Source: Planctomycetota bacterium (GTDB lineage: Bacteria; Planctomycetota; Planctomycetia; JALXBF01). Taken from it: 41,096 nt of DNA. Positions 16,538 to 26,202 of the stretch are shown piece by piece; position 1 is the first letter of the stretch; each line of letters opens with the position of its first letter. A model generated the notes under the pieces. It saw only the letters and a list, made by a program, of their open reading frames with translations. It did not search any database and was not told the origin of the DNA. The translations under genes and the position numbers were made by a program. The DNA lies in the NCBI GenBank assembly GCA_026991575.1, contig JALXBF010000158.1, positions 1 through 41,096 on the forward strand. The letters are read 5' to 3'.

Positions 16538-18325
16538 TTACGTGACCACGCGGCCCCAGCGCAAGTTGCGGGCCAGCTTTCGGCGCGCGAATGCCTCGAT
16601 GGCGCGCCACCATCGCTTCCACTCGTCGTCGGCCAGCCCCTGGGGCAAGTACGCCCGCAAGAACCTCAACGCCTCGGTTGATGTCACGTTCGCCACCGCC
16701 CGGGCGCTGAGCAGCAGGCGCGCGATGTTCTGCACACGACGGCGGTGGGGCAGGTGCCGCCAGACCTGGAGCCCGGCCAGATCAATGACGTAGAGCTCAG
16801 CGATCTTACCGCCCTCGCCTGCGACCACGATCCAGTTCGGAAACTTCAGGTCCCGGTGCGACAGGCAGCAGCGGTGCAGGCGTGCAACTACTCGGCCAAG
16901 GCGCTCTGCGAGCTCCCAGCGCCGCTGCGCGGTTGCCTTCGGATCGAGTTTACTCAGCGTTCCTTGCACGTACTCCACCAGCGTCTCCGCACCCTCGATG
17001 AACTCCGTCATCAGGTACCCTTCGTCGGGGATTCCCCACCGCCTCGTCTCCAGGAACAGCAACGGGCGCGGCGTCGCAATGCCCCGGATGCGCAGGGCAT
17101 TTGCCCCGCGCCAGGACCTCAGTCCGGGGCTCCGGTACAGCAGTGCACGCAGGCGGTCCAAGGGCTTCGAGCATCGGAACCGCTTCCACAGCACGCTCAT
17201 CCGCTGGCCATCGGCCAGCATGACCTCGGTGCGGACGACCGTTGACGAGGGGGAGCTCTTCAGTGTCTGTCCCTGTGTCAGGAGCCGATCCGGTTGCGCC
17301 ATCAGCTCACGGACCACCGACGGGGGCAGATCCCGCGCAGCGTGCGCGTGCACCTTGCGGGAATACATGAAGTAGAAGCGGCGGTTCTCACCGACGCACT
17401 GTTCGTCGCGCTTCCACCAGCAGTATCGAGCGTACTGCCAGAGGCGTTCCTCTAGCCAGGCGGCGGTCTCCTCGGGCCGGCGGCCAAGTTCCGGGCGGGC
17501 TGCCAGGTAGCCGGCTAGGAACGCGTACCGCTCCGCTGCCGTCGTGTACTTCAGGACAGAAACACCCAGCTGCAGCAGGTTCCGCACCGTTGCCGACCAG
17601 GGCAGTGGGCCACGTCGCCACCGTGTGCTTAACAGGTCGATTAGGAAGACGTCGCAGTCAGCGGGGCCGAGGCGAACCAGGAGGTTCCCGGCATGCAGGT
17701 CGCGGTGGTCCAGACCGGCACGGTGAGCTTGGGCGAGCAATTCGACGACCTTGCCCAGCACCAGCCGGCGCAGCCTTGGCCGGTGAGCGGACGGGCCCGC
17801 CAACAGGGCATCCAGCTGGCATGTGTCGGGCTCTTCGAGCGTGACCAGGTAGCTGTCGGCTCGGACCGGTCCGAGTTGTCGCCAGCCTACGGCCACGGGA
17901 ACCAGCGTGCGCACGCCTGCCTGCAGCGCCCAGTACAGCCGATGCCATTCACGGACGGCGCGCGGGCCGAGCAGATTCGCGTTCAGCCACGCACGGATAT
18001 CCGCTGCCCGGTAGTGCTTCACGTAGTAGCCGGTTGGCCCACAGCTGACCCGGTACACGGAGCGGTGGCGACCGTGTTTGATTCGGATCACGCCTGCTCG
18101 GTCGGGCGCGATCAGGGCTGGCACCACTGCTTCGCGGACCAGTTGCTCGAAGCCGCTGCGGATCAACCAGCGCATCCCGTAGTGGTCGGCCTGCACTGTT
18201 TCGACCGATTGGTCGGGTCGGTGCAACCGCAGGTGCGTCCTGCCCCGTGTGGCGGTGAGTTCCCTGGGGCCCGGCGGCGCGTCCTGGTCAGGCAGCTTGT
18301 GTCTGTGGGTTGCGGGTGTTGGCAT
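16538..18325 (-). CDS. Tandem two-domain lipopolysaccharide kinase (Kdo/WaaP/InaA family)
   Basis: Domain 1 has YYVKHY, AVREW, HRDLHAGNLL and LIDL. Domain 2 has LWKRF, GIATPRPL, HRDLKFPNWI and VIDLAG. The start overlaps the GT4 3' end. Confidence 0.85.
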   Translation of the reverse strand: MPTPATHRHKLPDQDAPPGPRELTATRGRTHLRLHRPDQSVETVQADHYGMRWLIRSGFEQLVREAVVPALIAPDRAGVIRIKHGRHRSVYRVSCGPTGYYVKHYRAADIRAWLNANLLGPRAVREWHRLYWALQAGVRTLVPVAVGWRQLGPVRADSYLVTLEEPDTCQLDALLAGPSAHRPRLRRLVLGKVVELLAQAHRAGLDHRDLHAGNLLVRLGPADCDVFLIDLLSTRWRRGPLPWSATVRNLLQLGVSVLKYTTAAERYAFLAGYLAARPELGRRPEETAAWLEERLWQYARYCWWKRDEQCVGENRRFYFMYSRKVHAHAARDLPPSVVRELMAQPDRLLTQGQTLKSSPSSTVVRTEVMLADGQRMSVLWKRFRCSKPLDRLRALLYRSPGLRSWRGANALRIRGIATPRPLLFLETRRWGIPDEGYLMTEFIEGAETLVEYVQGTLSKLDPKATAQRRWELAERLGRVVARLHRCCLSHRDLKFPNWIVVAGEGGKIAELYVIDLAGLQVWRHLPHRRRVQNIARLLLSARAVANVTSTEALRFLRAYLPQGLADDEWKRWWRAIEAFARRKLARNLRWGRVVT

Positions 18326-19322
18326 GGTCCGTCTCGAGCAGAACCCGGGCCAGCGGTTCGGCCCACGTGTGCACGTCGTAGTCACGCAGGCAGCGGAGTC
18401 GGCCGGCGCGTCCAAGCTGCTGGCGCAGGGACGGGTGGGCGATCAGGTGGGCGAGGGCGTCGACCCATTCGCGCAGCGTGCGCGCGTGAAAGCCGCTCTG
18501 CCCATCAACCACCATCTCTCGCTGCACGCCCACCGGCGTTGCGACCACGGGCAGGCCGGCGGCCATGTACTGCAGCACCTTCAGGCCACATTTGCCTCGG
18601 GTCCAGCGATCGTCCGCCAGCGGCGCGATGCCGATGTCGGCCTCAACCAGCGCGCGCACCTCCGTGGACTCGCTCCAGTCGATCCGCTCCATCGGCACGC
18701 CGTGCCAGTCCGGGAACGCGTCGCAGATGACGCGCAGCAGCCACCGGTCCGGCACTGCGCGGGCGAGCCACTCAAAGACCGGCCGCAGTGGCATCAGGTA
18801 GCGAAGCGTGCTGCGGCTGCCGATCCAGGCAATCCGCACCCGCCCGCCGTCAACACGCCGGCGCGTCACGGCCATGTATCGGCGGACATCGACACAGGTC
18901 GGGATCACGGCCACCTGCCGGGCTCCGGCTTCCAGCGCCAGCCCGGCCAGGTAGCTGTTGCCTGCTATGACGACGTCGGCCAGTTCGACGGTGCGTCGGA
19001 AGCGGCGCAGCCGCTGTCGGGAGAAGCTGCTCTTGCCACCCCCCCCGTCACGATACGCGACCGCGTCGTCGATGTCGAAGATCAGCCGCCGTGACAGCTT
19101 GCGAACGGTCGCCAGGCTGAGTCGGTCCAGCAGGCGGCGCTGCAGGATTGCCGCCTCCAGCCGCGGCAGGCCCCGGAGCCGCCGCCACCGGCTAAACACG
19201 CCGGAGCCCAAGACGATTGGTCGAAAATAGATCCCGTATGAGGCCAGCAGCGGGAGGAACTGCAGGATCCGGTACCGGTAGCAAACGTGCCGGGCGGCTT
19301 GGATGAAGGCGTACGCTTCCAT
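18288..19322 (-). CDS. Glycosyltransferase family 4
   Basis: RYRILQF, IFDIDDAV, VIAGNSYL, IAWIGS and DIGIAPLADDRWTRGKCGLKVLQYMAAGLPVVATPVG. Confidence 0.92.
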   Translation of the reverse strand: MEAYAFIQAARHVCYRYRILQFLPLLASYGIYFRPIVLGSGVFSRWRRLRGLPRLEAAILQRRLLDRLSLATVRKLSRRLIFDIDDAVAYRDGGGGKSSFSRQRLRRFRRTVELADVVIAGNSYLAGLALEAGARQVAVIPTCVDVRRYMAVTRRRVDGGRVRIAWIGSRSTLRYLMPLRPVFEWLARAVPDRWLLRVICDAFPDWHGVPMERIDWSESTEVRALVEADIGIAPLADDRWTRGKCGLKVLQYMAAGLPVVATPVGVQREMVVDGQSGFHARTLREWVDALAHLIAHPSLRQQLGRAGRLRCLRDYDVHTWAEPLARVLLETDHANTRNPQTQAA

Positions 19323-19424
19323 GCCGTAGTGCCTTCCGCTGCTGGCAGCGCGTGCGCGCAGAGAAGCGACAACCGGCCAGGTGCGGTCCGTACACTTCGT
19401 TGGCGTCGGTCTCGGAGCAGCGCG

Positions 19425-19454
19425 ATTGTAACCGTCCTGGGTCGTTGCGACAAT
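19425..19454. promoter_or_regulatory. Overlapped bidirectional sigma70-type promoter (GT4 / larE)
   Basis: The plus strand reads TTGTAA-N17-GACAAT with TG extension, and the minus strand reads TTGTCG-N17-TACAAT, in the same 30 bp. Confidence 0.6.
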
Positions 19455-19492
19455 GGAAGTACGGCGTGAGTCCGTTCTGGAGGGACCGCCCC

Positions 19493-20347
19493 ATGGCTGG
19501 CGAACTCTCGGCTGAGCTGGCGGCCAAGAAAAGCAAACTCCTCGATGTGCTCCGCTCTTACGGCAGTGTTGCCGTCGCGTACTCGGGCGGGGTCGATTCG
19601 GCCGTCGTGGCCAAGGCGGCGCAGGTTGCGCTGGGCACGCGCGCCGTTGCCGTCACGGCAGTGAGCCCCAGCCTGGCCAGCGGCGAGCTGCAGGAAGCGC
19701 AGCGCGTTGCGGAACTGATCGGAATCCGCCACATAGTGATCCGTACCGATGAGTTCGATCGCGACGACTACCGGCGGAATGCTCCGGACCGGTGCTACTA
19801 CTGCAAGACGGAGCTGTATAGCCGGATGGAGCGGATGCTCCCGGAGCTGGGGGTCGAGGTCATCGCCAACGGAGCCAACCTCGACGATCGCGGCGACTGG
19901 CGGCCCGGCATGATCGCCGCCGGCGAGCATCGGGTGCGGAGCCCGCTGATTGAGGCGGGCTTGAGCAAAGCAGACGTCCGTGCGTTGGCACGCCACTGGG
20001 GACTGCCGGTCTGGGACAAGCCCGCGATGCCCTGCCTGGCAAGCCGGATTGCCTACGGGCTGGAGGTGACGCCGGAGCGGGTACGGAAGGTGGACCGGGC
20101 TGAGCAAGTGCTTCGCCAGCTGGGCTTCCGCCAGCTGCGGGTTCGCTTGCCCCAGCCGGACGTGGCCCGGATCGAGGTTCCGCTCGAGGACCTGCCCCGT
20201 CTGGTCGAGCCAGCGGTGCGCGACATCGTGGTCCGGGAGCTGAAAGCGATCGGCTTCAAGTTCGTCACCGTGGACCTGGAGGGGTTCCGCTCCGGTAGCC
20301 TGAACGTCCTCGTCGGGAAGATTGGCAGCATTCGACCTGGGACCTGA
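19493..20347 (+). CDS. larE: LarE family ATP-dependent sulfur transferase (PP-loop)
   Basis: AYSGGVDS PP-loop, NAPDRCYYCK, GANLDDRGDWRPG, KPAMPCLASRIAYG and DLEGFRSGSLN. SD GGAGG before ATG 19493. Confidence 0.92.
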   Translation: MAGELSAELAAKKSKLLDVLRSYGSVAVAYSGGVDSAVVAKAAQVALGTRAVAVTAVSPSLASGELQEAQRVAELIGIRHIVIRTDEFDRDDYRRNAPDRCYYCKTELYSRMERMLPELGVEVIANGANLDDRGDWRPGMIAAGEHRVRSPLIEAGLSKADVRALARHWGLPVWDKPAMPCLASRIAYGLEVTPERVRKVDRAEQVLRQLGFRQLRVRLPQPDVARIEVPLEDLPRLVEPAVRDIVVRELKAIGFKFVTVDLEGFRSGSLNVLVGKIGSIRPGT

Positions 20348-20354
20348 AGCTCCG

Positions 20355-23222
20355 ATGTACCGAGACGCATCCTGCGGCTGGAGCGTGCACCGCATAGCCT
20401 GCCTCACCGCCTGCCTATTCCTCCAACTCACCGTCGCCTCGTCTGCGTCAGACGGTCTACCTCCCGGCTTTCCACCTCCCTCTTCACCGGCCCGTACCCT
20501 GGCCGGAATGAAGCTGGCCGATCCGGAACTCGAGGTGACACTCTACGCGGCAGAGCCCCTGGTGCAGGATCCGGTCTGCCTGGCCTGGGATGAGTCCGGC
20601 CGTGTATACGTGGTGGAAATGGCCGACTACCCGACCGGCCCCCCGGCCGGCCGCATCAAGCTGCTGGAGGATAGCAACGCCGACGGACTGCCCGACCGGG
20701 CGACCGTGTTTGCCGAAGTTCCCTTCCCCACAGGCGTTTTCCCTTGGCGAGGGGGGGTGTTCGTCACCGCTGCGCCCGACCTGCTGTACCTGAAAGACAC
20801 CGACGGGGACGGCCGGGCGGACCGACGAGTGGTCGTATTCACCGGGTTTACGCCCGGGAATCAGCAGCACCGTGTCAACGGTCTGATCTGGGGCCCCGAC
20901 GGTTGGATCTGGGGTGCAAACGGTGACAGCGGTGGCCAGGTGCGCCGGCCTGGCAGCAGCGTGACCGTCAACATCCGTGGTCGTGACTTCCGGTTCGACC
21001 CGCTTACGTTTCGCTTCGAGGCCGTGCCCGGGCAGTGCCAGTACGGTGACACCTTCGATGCGTTTGGCCACCGGTACATCTGTAACAACAGCGATCACAT
21101 CCGCTACGTCGTCTTCGACTCGGCCACACTTGCGTTGAACCCCTACGTCGATATTCCCTTTGCTGCGCTGTCCATCGCCCGGCACGGCGGCAAGGGGCGG
21201 ATCTATCCGATCAGTCCGGTGTTGCCCCGGTTCAATATGCCTCTGGATGCGGGCCGGTTCTCCGGAGCCTGCGGCGTCTTTGCCTATCGCGGTGGCATTT
21301 TGCCCGAACGGTACCGGGACAGCACGTTTGTCTGCGACTGCGTCGCCAACCTGGTCCATCGGGATGTGATCCGCTGGCAGGACGGCATGCCGGTGGCAGT
21401 GCGGGCGGCCGAGGAACAGAAGCAGGAATTCTTTGCGGCGGCCGATCCGTGGGTGCGGCCCGTGTACGTGACGGTTGGCCCAGACGGGGCGCTGTACGTC
21501 TGCGACATGTACCGGGCGGTGATCGAGCATCCGGAATGGATTCCCGATTCGCTCGAAGCGGGGCTCGACCTGCGTGCCGGTGCCGATCGCGGTCGGATTT
21601 ACCGCATTGCCCCGCGGGGCTGCCGGCCGCAGCCTGTGAAGGTCGTGACCGATGATCTCCAGCAGTTGGTCAGGCTGATTGCCGGACCGATGCCCTGGCA
21701 GCAGGATACGGCGTACCGGCTGCTGGTAGAGCGGCCGGCGCGGTGGCCGGAGGCTGCCGAGGCGGTTCAGGCCGCTGCCCGGAAGCTTGGCGGCGCAGAG
21801 GACGATCTCGCCAGGCTGCGGCTGGCATTCGTGCTCACGCGCCTGGGGGCGTTCCAGCCGGAGATGGTGGCCAGGTTGCTGGCCAGTCGCGATCCTCGCG
21901 TGCGCGCAGCGGCCCTGCGGCTCATGCGCGCCGTGCCCAGCGAGCAGCTAGGCCAGACCTTGATCGAGCGACTGGCCGCTGCTACGAACGATGACGATCT
22001 GTTGGTACAGCGGGAAGCGGCCGCGACGATCGGCATCCACGGAGACGCTGTGCCGGAGCGGGCGCGGCTGCTGGCGGGGCTGCTGGGGCGATCGGGCAAG
22101 TATGTTGAGTTACGCACGGCGGTGTTGCTGGCGTCTCATGGCTGCGAGGCGGAAGTGTTGGCTGAACTGGTGACAGCGTCCTCGGCAGCGCGTCCAGCGG
22201 GCTGGGCTGCGGACGCAGTCCGTCAGCTTGCCCGGGCCGCTGCGCGCAGGGGCCAAGAGCAGCGGTTGCGCGCGCTTGTCAGGACGCTGCCGGAGACGCG
22301 GCTTGTGTGGCTTCTGGAGCTGCTGGCCGGTTGGGCAGAGGCTCAGCCCGGGGCGTTGCAGGATGACGAGCAGTTGCGCCGGCGGCTCGTTAAGCTTGCC
22401 CGCCGGGCCGACGCTCCGCCACGGCAACGCACGCTCGCAGTACGCTCACTGCGTCTGTGGCAGCCGTGGAATGGCATGGCTGAGCTCATCCAGGGGCTGT
22501 TCTCCTCGGACAGTCCTCCACAGCTGCGCGTGGCTGCGGTGGAGCTGGCTGGCGGTATCGATGACCCGAAGCTGCTTGAAGCGCTGTTGGCACGCTGGTC
22601 GGAGGAGACCCCTGCCGTGCGGCGGGCCCTGCTAAGGCTGGGACTGGCCAGCGATCACGGCCGCCGCACGCTACTGCACCTGGCGCGGGCCGGCCGCGTC
22701 GCGCCTCGAGAGCTCATGACCCTCTGGCCCGAAGCACGCAAGCAGCTGGCCGATCTGCTCGACCGGTCCAGCCGCGCGGCGGTCGTGGCGAAGTATCGCT
22801 ACGTGCTGGACTTGCCTACGGACCGGGAACGTGGCCGTAAAGCGTTCGAAAAGCACTGCCAGAAGTGCCACACGGTCGAGGGGGTGGGTTCCCGCGTCGG
22901 TCCGGAATTGCTAGGCGTTCGCAAACGCTCACCGGAAGCGCTCCTGAGCGACATTCTCGATCCCAATGCCGCCGTCGACCCGGCGTACGTCAACCACGTT
23001 GTGCTCACCAAGGACGGTCAGGTCTTCTCGGGCATCGTGATTGCAGAAACCGCCGGCGCCATCACGCTACGCTCCGCCGAGGGCGAACAACGCACAATTC
23101 CGCGTGAAGACATCGAAGCGATCCGTGCCACCGGCCAGTCGCTGATGCCCGAGGGGCTCGAAGAGCAGCTGACGCCGCAAGAACTGGCCGACATCATCCG
23201 CTACCTCCGCGAGATCCAGTAG
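20355..23222 (+). CDS. PVC-type membrane-bound dehydrogenase / heme-binding (CxxCH) protein with HEAT-like repeats
   Basis: Signal peptide, AAEPLVQDPV..WDESGR, DTDGDGRAD, GPDGALYVCDMYRAVIEHPEWI, a helical middle, CQKCH, ILDPNAAVDPAY and SLMPEGLE. Confidence 0.9.
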   Translation: MYRDASCGWSVHRIACLTACLFLQLTVASSASDGLPPGFPPPSSPARTLAGMKLADPELEVTLYAAEPLVQDPVCLAWDESGRVYVVEMADYPTGPPAGRIKLLEDSNADGLPDRATVFAEVPFPTGVFPWRGGVFVTAAPDLLYLKDTDGDGRADRRVVVFTGFTPGNQQHRVNGLIWGPDGWIWGANGDSGGQVRRPGSSVTVNIRGRDFRFDPLTFRFEAVPGQCQYGDTFDAFGHRYICNNSDHIRYVVFDSATLALNPYVDIPFAALSIARHGGKGRIYPISPVLPRFNMPLDAGRFSGACGVFAYRGGILPERYRDSTFVCDCVANLVHRDVIRWQDGMPVAVRAAEEQKQEFFAAADPWVRPVYVTVGPDGALYVCDMYRAVIEHPEWIPDSLEAGLDLRAGADRGRIYRIAPRGCRPQPVKVVTDDLQQLVRLIAGPMPWQQDTAYRLLVERPARWPEAAEAVQAAARKLGGAEDDLARLRLAFVLTRLGAFQPEMVARLLASRDPRVRAAALRLMRAVPSEQLGQTLIERLAAATNDDDLLVQREAAATIGIHGDAVPERARLLAGLLGRSGKYVELRTAVLLASHGCEAEVLAELVTASSAARPAGWAADAVRQLARAAARRGQEQRLRALVRTLPETRLVWLLELLAGWAEAQPGALQDDEQLRRRLVKLARRADAPPRQRTLAVRSLRLWQPWNGMAELIQGLFSSDSPPQLRVAAVELAGGIDDPKLLEALLARWSEETPAVRRALLRLGLASDHGRRTLLHLARAGRVAPRELMTLWPEARKQLADLLDRSSRAAVVAKYRYVLDLPTDRERGRKAFEKHCQKCHTVEGVGSRVGPELLGVRKRSPEALLSDILDPNAAVDPAYVNHVVLTKDGQVFSGIVIAETAGAITLRSAEGEQRTIPREDIEAIRATGQSLMPEGLEEQLTPQELADIIRYLREIQ

Positions 23223-23246
23223 CGCTCCGTCGGAACGGACCATTCA

Positions 23247-24143
23247 ATGAGCCGCATCGTACGCGTGGCAGTAACCCAGTTTGCTGCCGAACAACAACCG
23301 AGCCGGAACGTGGACCGTGCGGTCGCTCTGATCGAGCAAGCCGTGGAGGCGGGTGCCGAGATCGTCTGCCTGCAGGAACTGTTCACCACGCGGTACTTCT
23401 GTCAGGCAGAGGTGCATGAGCACTTCGATCTTGCCGAACCGATCCCGGGCCCGACCACGGAGCGGATCGCCTCGGTGGCCCGCCGTTGCAAAGTCTCAGT
23501 CATCTGTCCGCTCTTTGAGCGGGCCGGGCCGGGGGTGTACTTCAACGCGGCGGCCGTCATTGACCGCTGCGGCACCCTGGTCGGGCATTACCGCAAGATG
23601 CATATTCCCGACGACCCGCTGTACTACGAGAAGTTCTACTTCGCGCCGGGCGATCTGGGTTTCTCCGTGGTATCGCTCGACGGCCGTGTCCGCGTAGGTG
23701 TGCTGATCTGCTGGGACCAATGGTTTCCGGAAGCAGCGCGGATCGCAGCGTTGAAGGGTGCTGAGCTCCTCGTCTACCCGACTGCCATCGGGTGGCACGA
23801 CCATGAGCGGGCCGAGTTTGGCCAGGAACAGCTGGACGCGTGGCTTACCGTGCAACGTGCCCACGCCGTTGCTAATGGCGTGTTCGTGGCGGCCGCGAAC
23901 CGGGTCGGCCGCGAGGGAACGGTCCAGTTCTGGGGCAACTCCTTCGTGTGTGCTCCGTTTGGCAGGATCCTGGTCCGGGCCCCGACCGATGAGGAGGGCT
24001 TCTGGATCGCAGAATGCGATCTGGACCAGGTCGAAGCGGTCCGGCGGCACTGGCCCTTTTTCCGCGACCGGCGCATCGACGCGTACGGTCCCCTGCTTCG
24101 CCGCTACGGCGACGGCGGCGCGCGGCCCGGTGAGGAAGGATGA
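23247..24143 (+). CDS. aguB: Carbon-nitrogen hydrolase, N-carbamoylputrescine amidase-like
   Basis: E-K-C triad motifs CLQELF, YRKMHIPDDPLYYEKFYF and ICWDQWFPE, plus YPTAIGW and WPFFRDRR. Confidence 0.8.
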   Translation: MSRIVRVAVTQFAAEQQPSRNVDRAVALIEQAVEAGAEIVCLQELFTTRYFCQAEVHEHFDLAEPIPGPTTERIASVARRCKVSVICPLFERAGPGVYFNAAAVIDRCGTLVGHYRKMHIPDDPLYYEKFYFAPGDLGFSVVSLDGRVRVGVLICWDQWFPEAARIAALKGAELLVYPTAIGWHDHERAEFGQEQLDAWLTVQRAHAVANGVFVAAANRVGREGTVQFWGNSFVCAPFGRILVRAPTDEEGFWIAECDLDQVEAVRRHWPFFRDRRIDAYGPLLRRYGDGGARPGEEG

Positions 24144-25159
24144 CTGCTGACCCGGTTAGCTGGCGTGGAGCAGCGAGCGTGCGAGTACTGATCACCGGCG
24201 GCTATGGCTGTATCGGCGCATGGGTGGTGCGCAAGCTGATTGACCGGGGCCTGGATGAGATCTGGGTCTACGACCTTGCTTACCAGCCGAGACGGCTGGC
24301 CCTGCTGCTTGATCAGACGGAACTGGCCCGCGTGCGCCACATCGACGGTGACGTCACGGACCTGGATCGCCTGGTAGGCGTGCTGCGGGAGTATCGCGTG
24401 GAGCGCATTCTGCATCTGGCCGCGCTTCAGGTGCCGTTTTGCCAGGCGGATCCGGTGGCCGGGGCCCGAGTCAATGTCGTTGGCACGATCACGGTCTTCG
24501 AGGCGGTGCGCCGGCTCATGCCTCAGCTCAAGCAGGTCGTGTACGCCAGCTCGGTGGCCGTGTACGGACCTCAGGAACGCTACGCAGACCGGCCTGTGCC
24601 CGAGCACGTGCCACTGTTGCCGGCGACGTTGTACGGTGGCTACAAGGTGTGCAACGAGCTGAACGCACGCGTGTACTGGCAGGACCATGGCATCGCCTCG
24701 GTAGGCTTGCGGCCGTGGGCCGTGTACGGCGTTGGTCGCGACCAGGGTCTGACGTCCGGGCCGACGAAGGCGATCAAGGCGGCGGCGGTCGGCCGGTCGT
24801 ATCGCGTCGGCTATGGCGGTTGGCAGGCGCTGCAGTATGCGGGTGACGTGGCGGAGCTATTCGTGCGGTTTCTGCTGGCGGAGCTGCAGGGAGCAGCGGT
24901 CTACAACCTGCGCGGCAGCGTGGTAACGATGGATCAGTTCCTGGAGGTGCTAACCCGGCTAGAGCCGCGTGCTCGGGAGTTGATCAGCTACGAGCCGGTC
25001 CAACTGGCGATAGCGTACGATCTGGACGACCGAGCACTCTGCACCGCTCTGCCCGACTTTGCGTACACACCTCTTGAGGTTGGCGTCCGGGAGACGTTTG
25101 AGCGATTCCGGGCATTGCATGCAGCGGGCCGTTTATCGTTGGAGGATTTGGACCGTTGA
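24140..25159 (+). CDS. NAD-dependent epimerase/dehydratase (extended SDR)
   Basis: ITGGYGCIG, HLAALQVP, YASSVAVYG and catalytic YGGYK. ATGA overlap with the upstream gene. Confidence 0.88.
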   Translation: MTADPVSWRGAASVRVLITGGYGCIGAWVVRKLIDRGLDEIWVYDLAYQPRRLALLLDQTELARVRHIDGDVTDLDRLVGVLREYRVERILHLAALQVPFCQADPVAGARVNVVGTITVFEAVRRLMPQLKQVVYASSVAVYGPQERYADRPVPEHVPLLPATLYGGYKVCNELNARVYWQDHGIASVGLRPWAVYGVGRDQGLTSGPTKAIKAAAVGRSYRVGYGGWQALQYAGDVAELFVRFLLAELQGAAVYNLRGSVVTMDQFLEVLTRLEPRARELISYEPVQLAIAYDLDDRALCTALPDFAYTPLEVGVRETFERFRALHAAGRLSLEDLDR

Positions 25160-26202
25160 CCGAGCCAGTGTCTGTCGGGTCCAGACGCCCGATTGATCCG
25201 GCGCAAGTGTGCTACGAGGGACGTACGTGTCTGATCACTGGGGGGGCTGGTTTCATCGGCAGTCATCTAGCCGAGGAGCTCTTGCGCCGCGGCGCCCGCG
25301 TGCTTGTCCTGGACGATCTATCGACGGGATCGGTTGCGAACATCGCGGCGTTGCGTGGCCAGGAACGGTTCGAGTTCTACGAGGGATCTGTGGCGGACTG
25401 GCCGGGCCTGGAGGAGTTGGTCGAACGCTGTGACGAGGTCTACCACTTAGCGGCCGCGGTCGGTGTGGATTATGTCGTGAAGTACCCGATCGAGACGGTG
25501 ACGCGGAACATTTTCCCGACGGAGCGGGTGCTGCAGCTGGCGGCTGCCAGCAGGTGTCGCGTGTTCGTTGCCAGCTCCAGCGAGGTCTACGGCCGCGGCT
25601 CGGCGGCGCCGATGCGTGAGGAGGACGACACAGTGCTGGGCGCCCCGGACAAGACGCGCTACATCTACGCGCTGACGAAGCTCGTCGACGAGTACCTGGC
25701 ACTGGCCTACCACCGGCAGCGCGGCCTGGCGGTCGTGATCGGCCGGTTCTTCAATGTGGTCGGACCGCGCCAGAGCGGCCGCTATGGCATGGTGATCCCG
25801 CGGTTCGTGTCCCAGGCGCTGCGTGGTGGGCCGATCGTTGTGCACGACGACGGCAACCAGATCCGCTGTTTCATGCACGTCCGTGATGCGGTGCAGGTGA
25901 TGATCGGCCTGATGAACAATCCGGACGCCTACGGGCAGATTGTCAACATCGGCAGCGACGTGGCCATCACGATCCGGCAGCTCGCCGAGCGGGTTCGGGA
26001 GGCGGTGGGCAATTCGGTGCCGATCAAACACATCAGCTACGAGCAGGCCTTCGGACCGGGTTTCGAAGACGTTCGTTGCCGCATCCCCTCTCTTGCGAAA
26101 CTACGCTCGCTCGTTAAGCTAGAGAACCCTAGGGACCTTGCCGCCATCCTGCGCGATGTCATCGCGTTCGAGGCGAGTCGATCGAACACGGAGGAGCCAT
26201 GA
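25156..26202 (+). CDS. NDP-sugar epimerase/dehydratase (extended SDR)
   Basis: LITGGAGFIGSHL, HLAAAVGV, ASSSEVYG, YALTK and RFFNVVGPRQ. TTG start in a TTGA overlap. Confidence 0.9.
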   Translation: MTEPVSVGSRRPIDPAQVCYEGRTCLITGGAGFIGSHLAEELLRRGARVLVLDDLSTGSVANIAALRGQERFEFYEGSVADWPGLEELVERCDEVYHLAAAVGVDYVVKYPIETVTRNIFPTERVLQLAAASRCRVFVASSSEVYGRGSAAPMREEDDTVLGAPDKTRYIYALTKLVDEYLALAYHRQRGLAVVIGRFFNVVGPRQSGRYGMVIPRFVSQALRGGPIVVHDDGNQIRCFMHVRDAVQVMIGLMNNPDAYGQIVNIGSDVAITIRQLAERVREAVGNSVPIKHISYEQAFGPGFEDVRCRIPSLAKLRSLVKLENPRDLAAILRDVIAFEASRSNTEEP

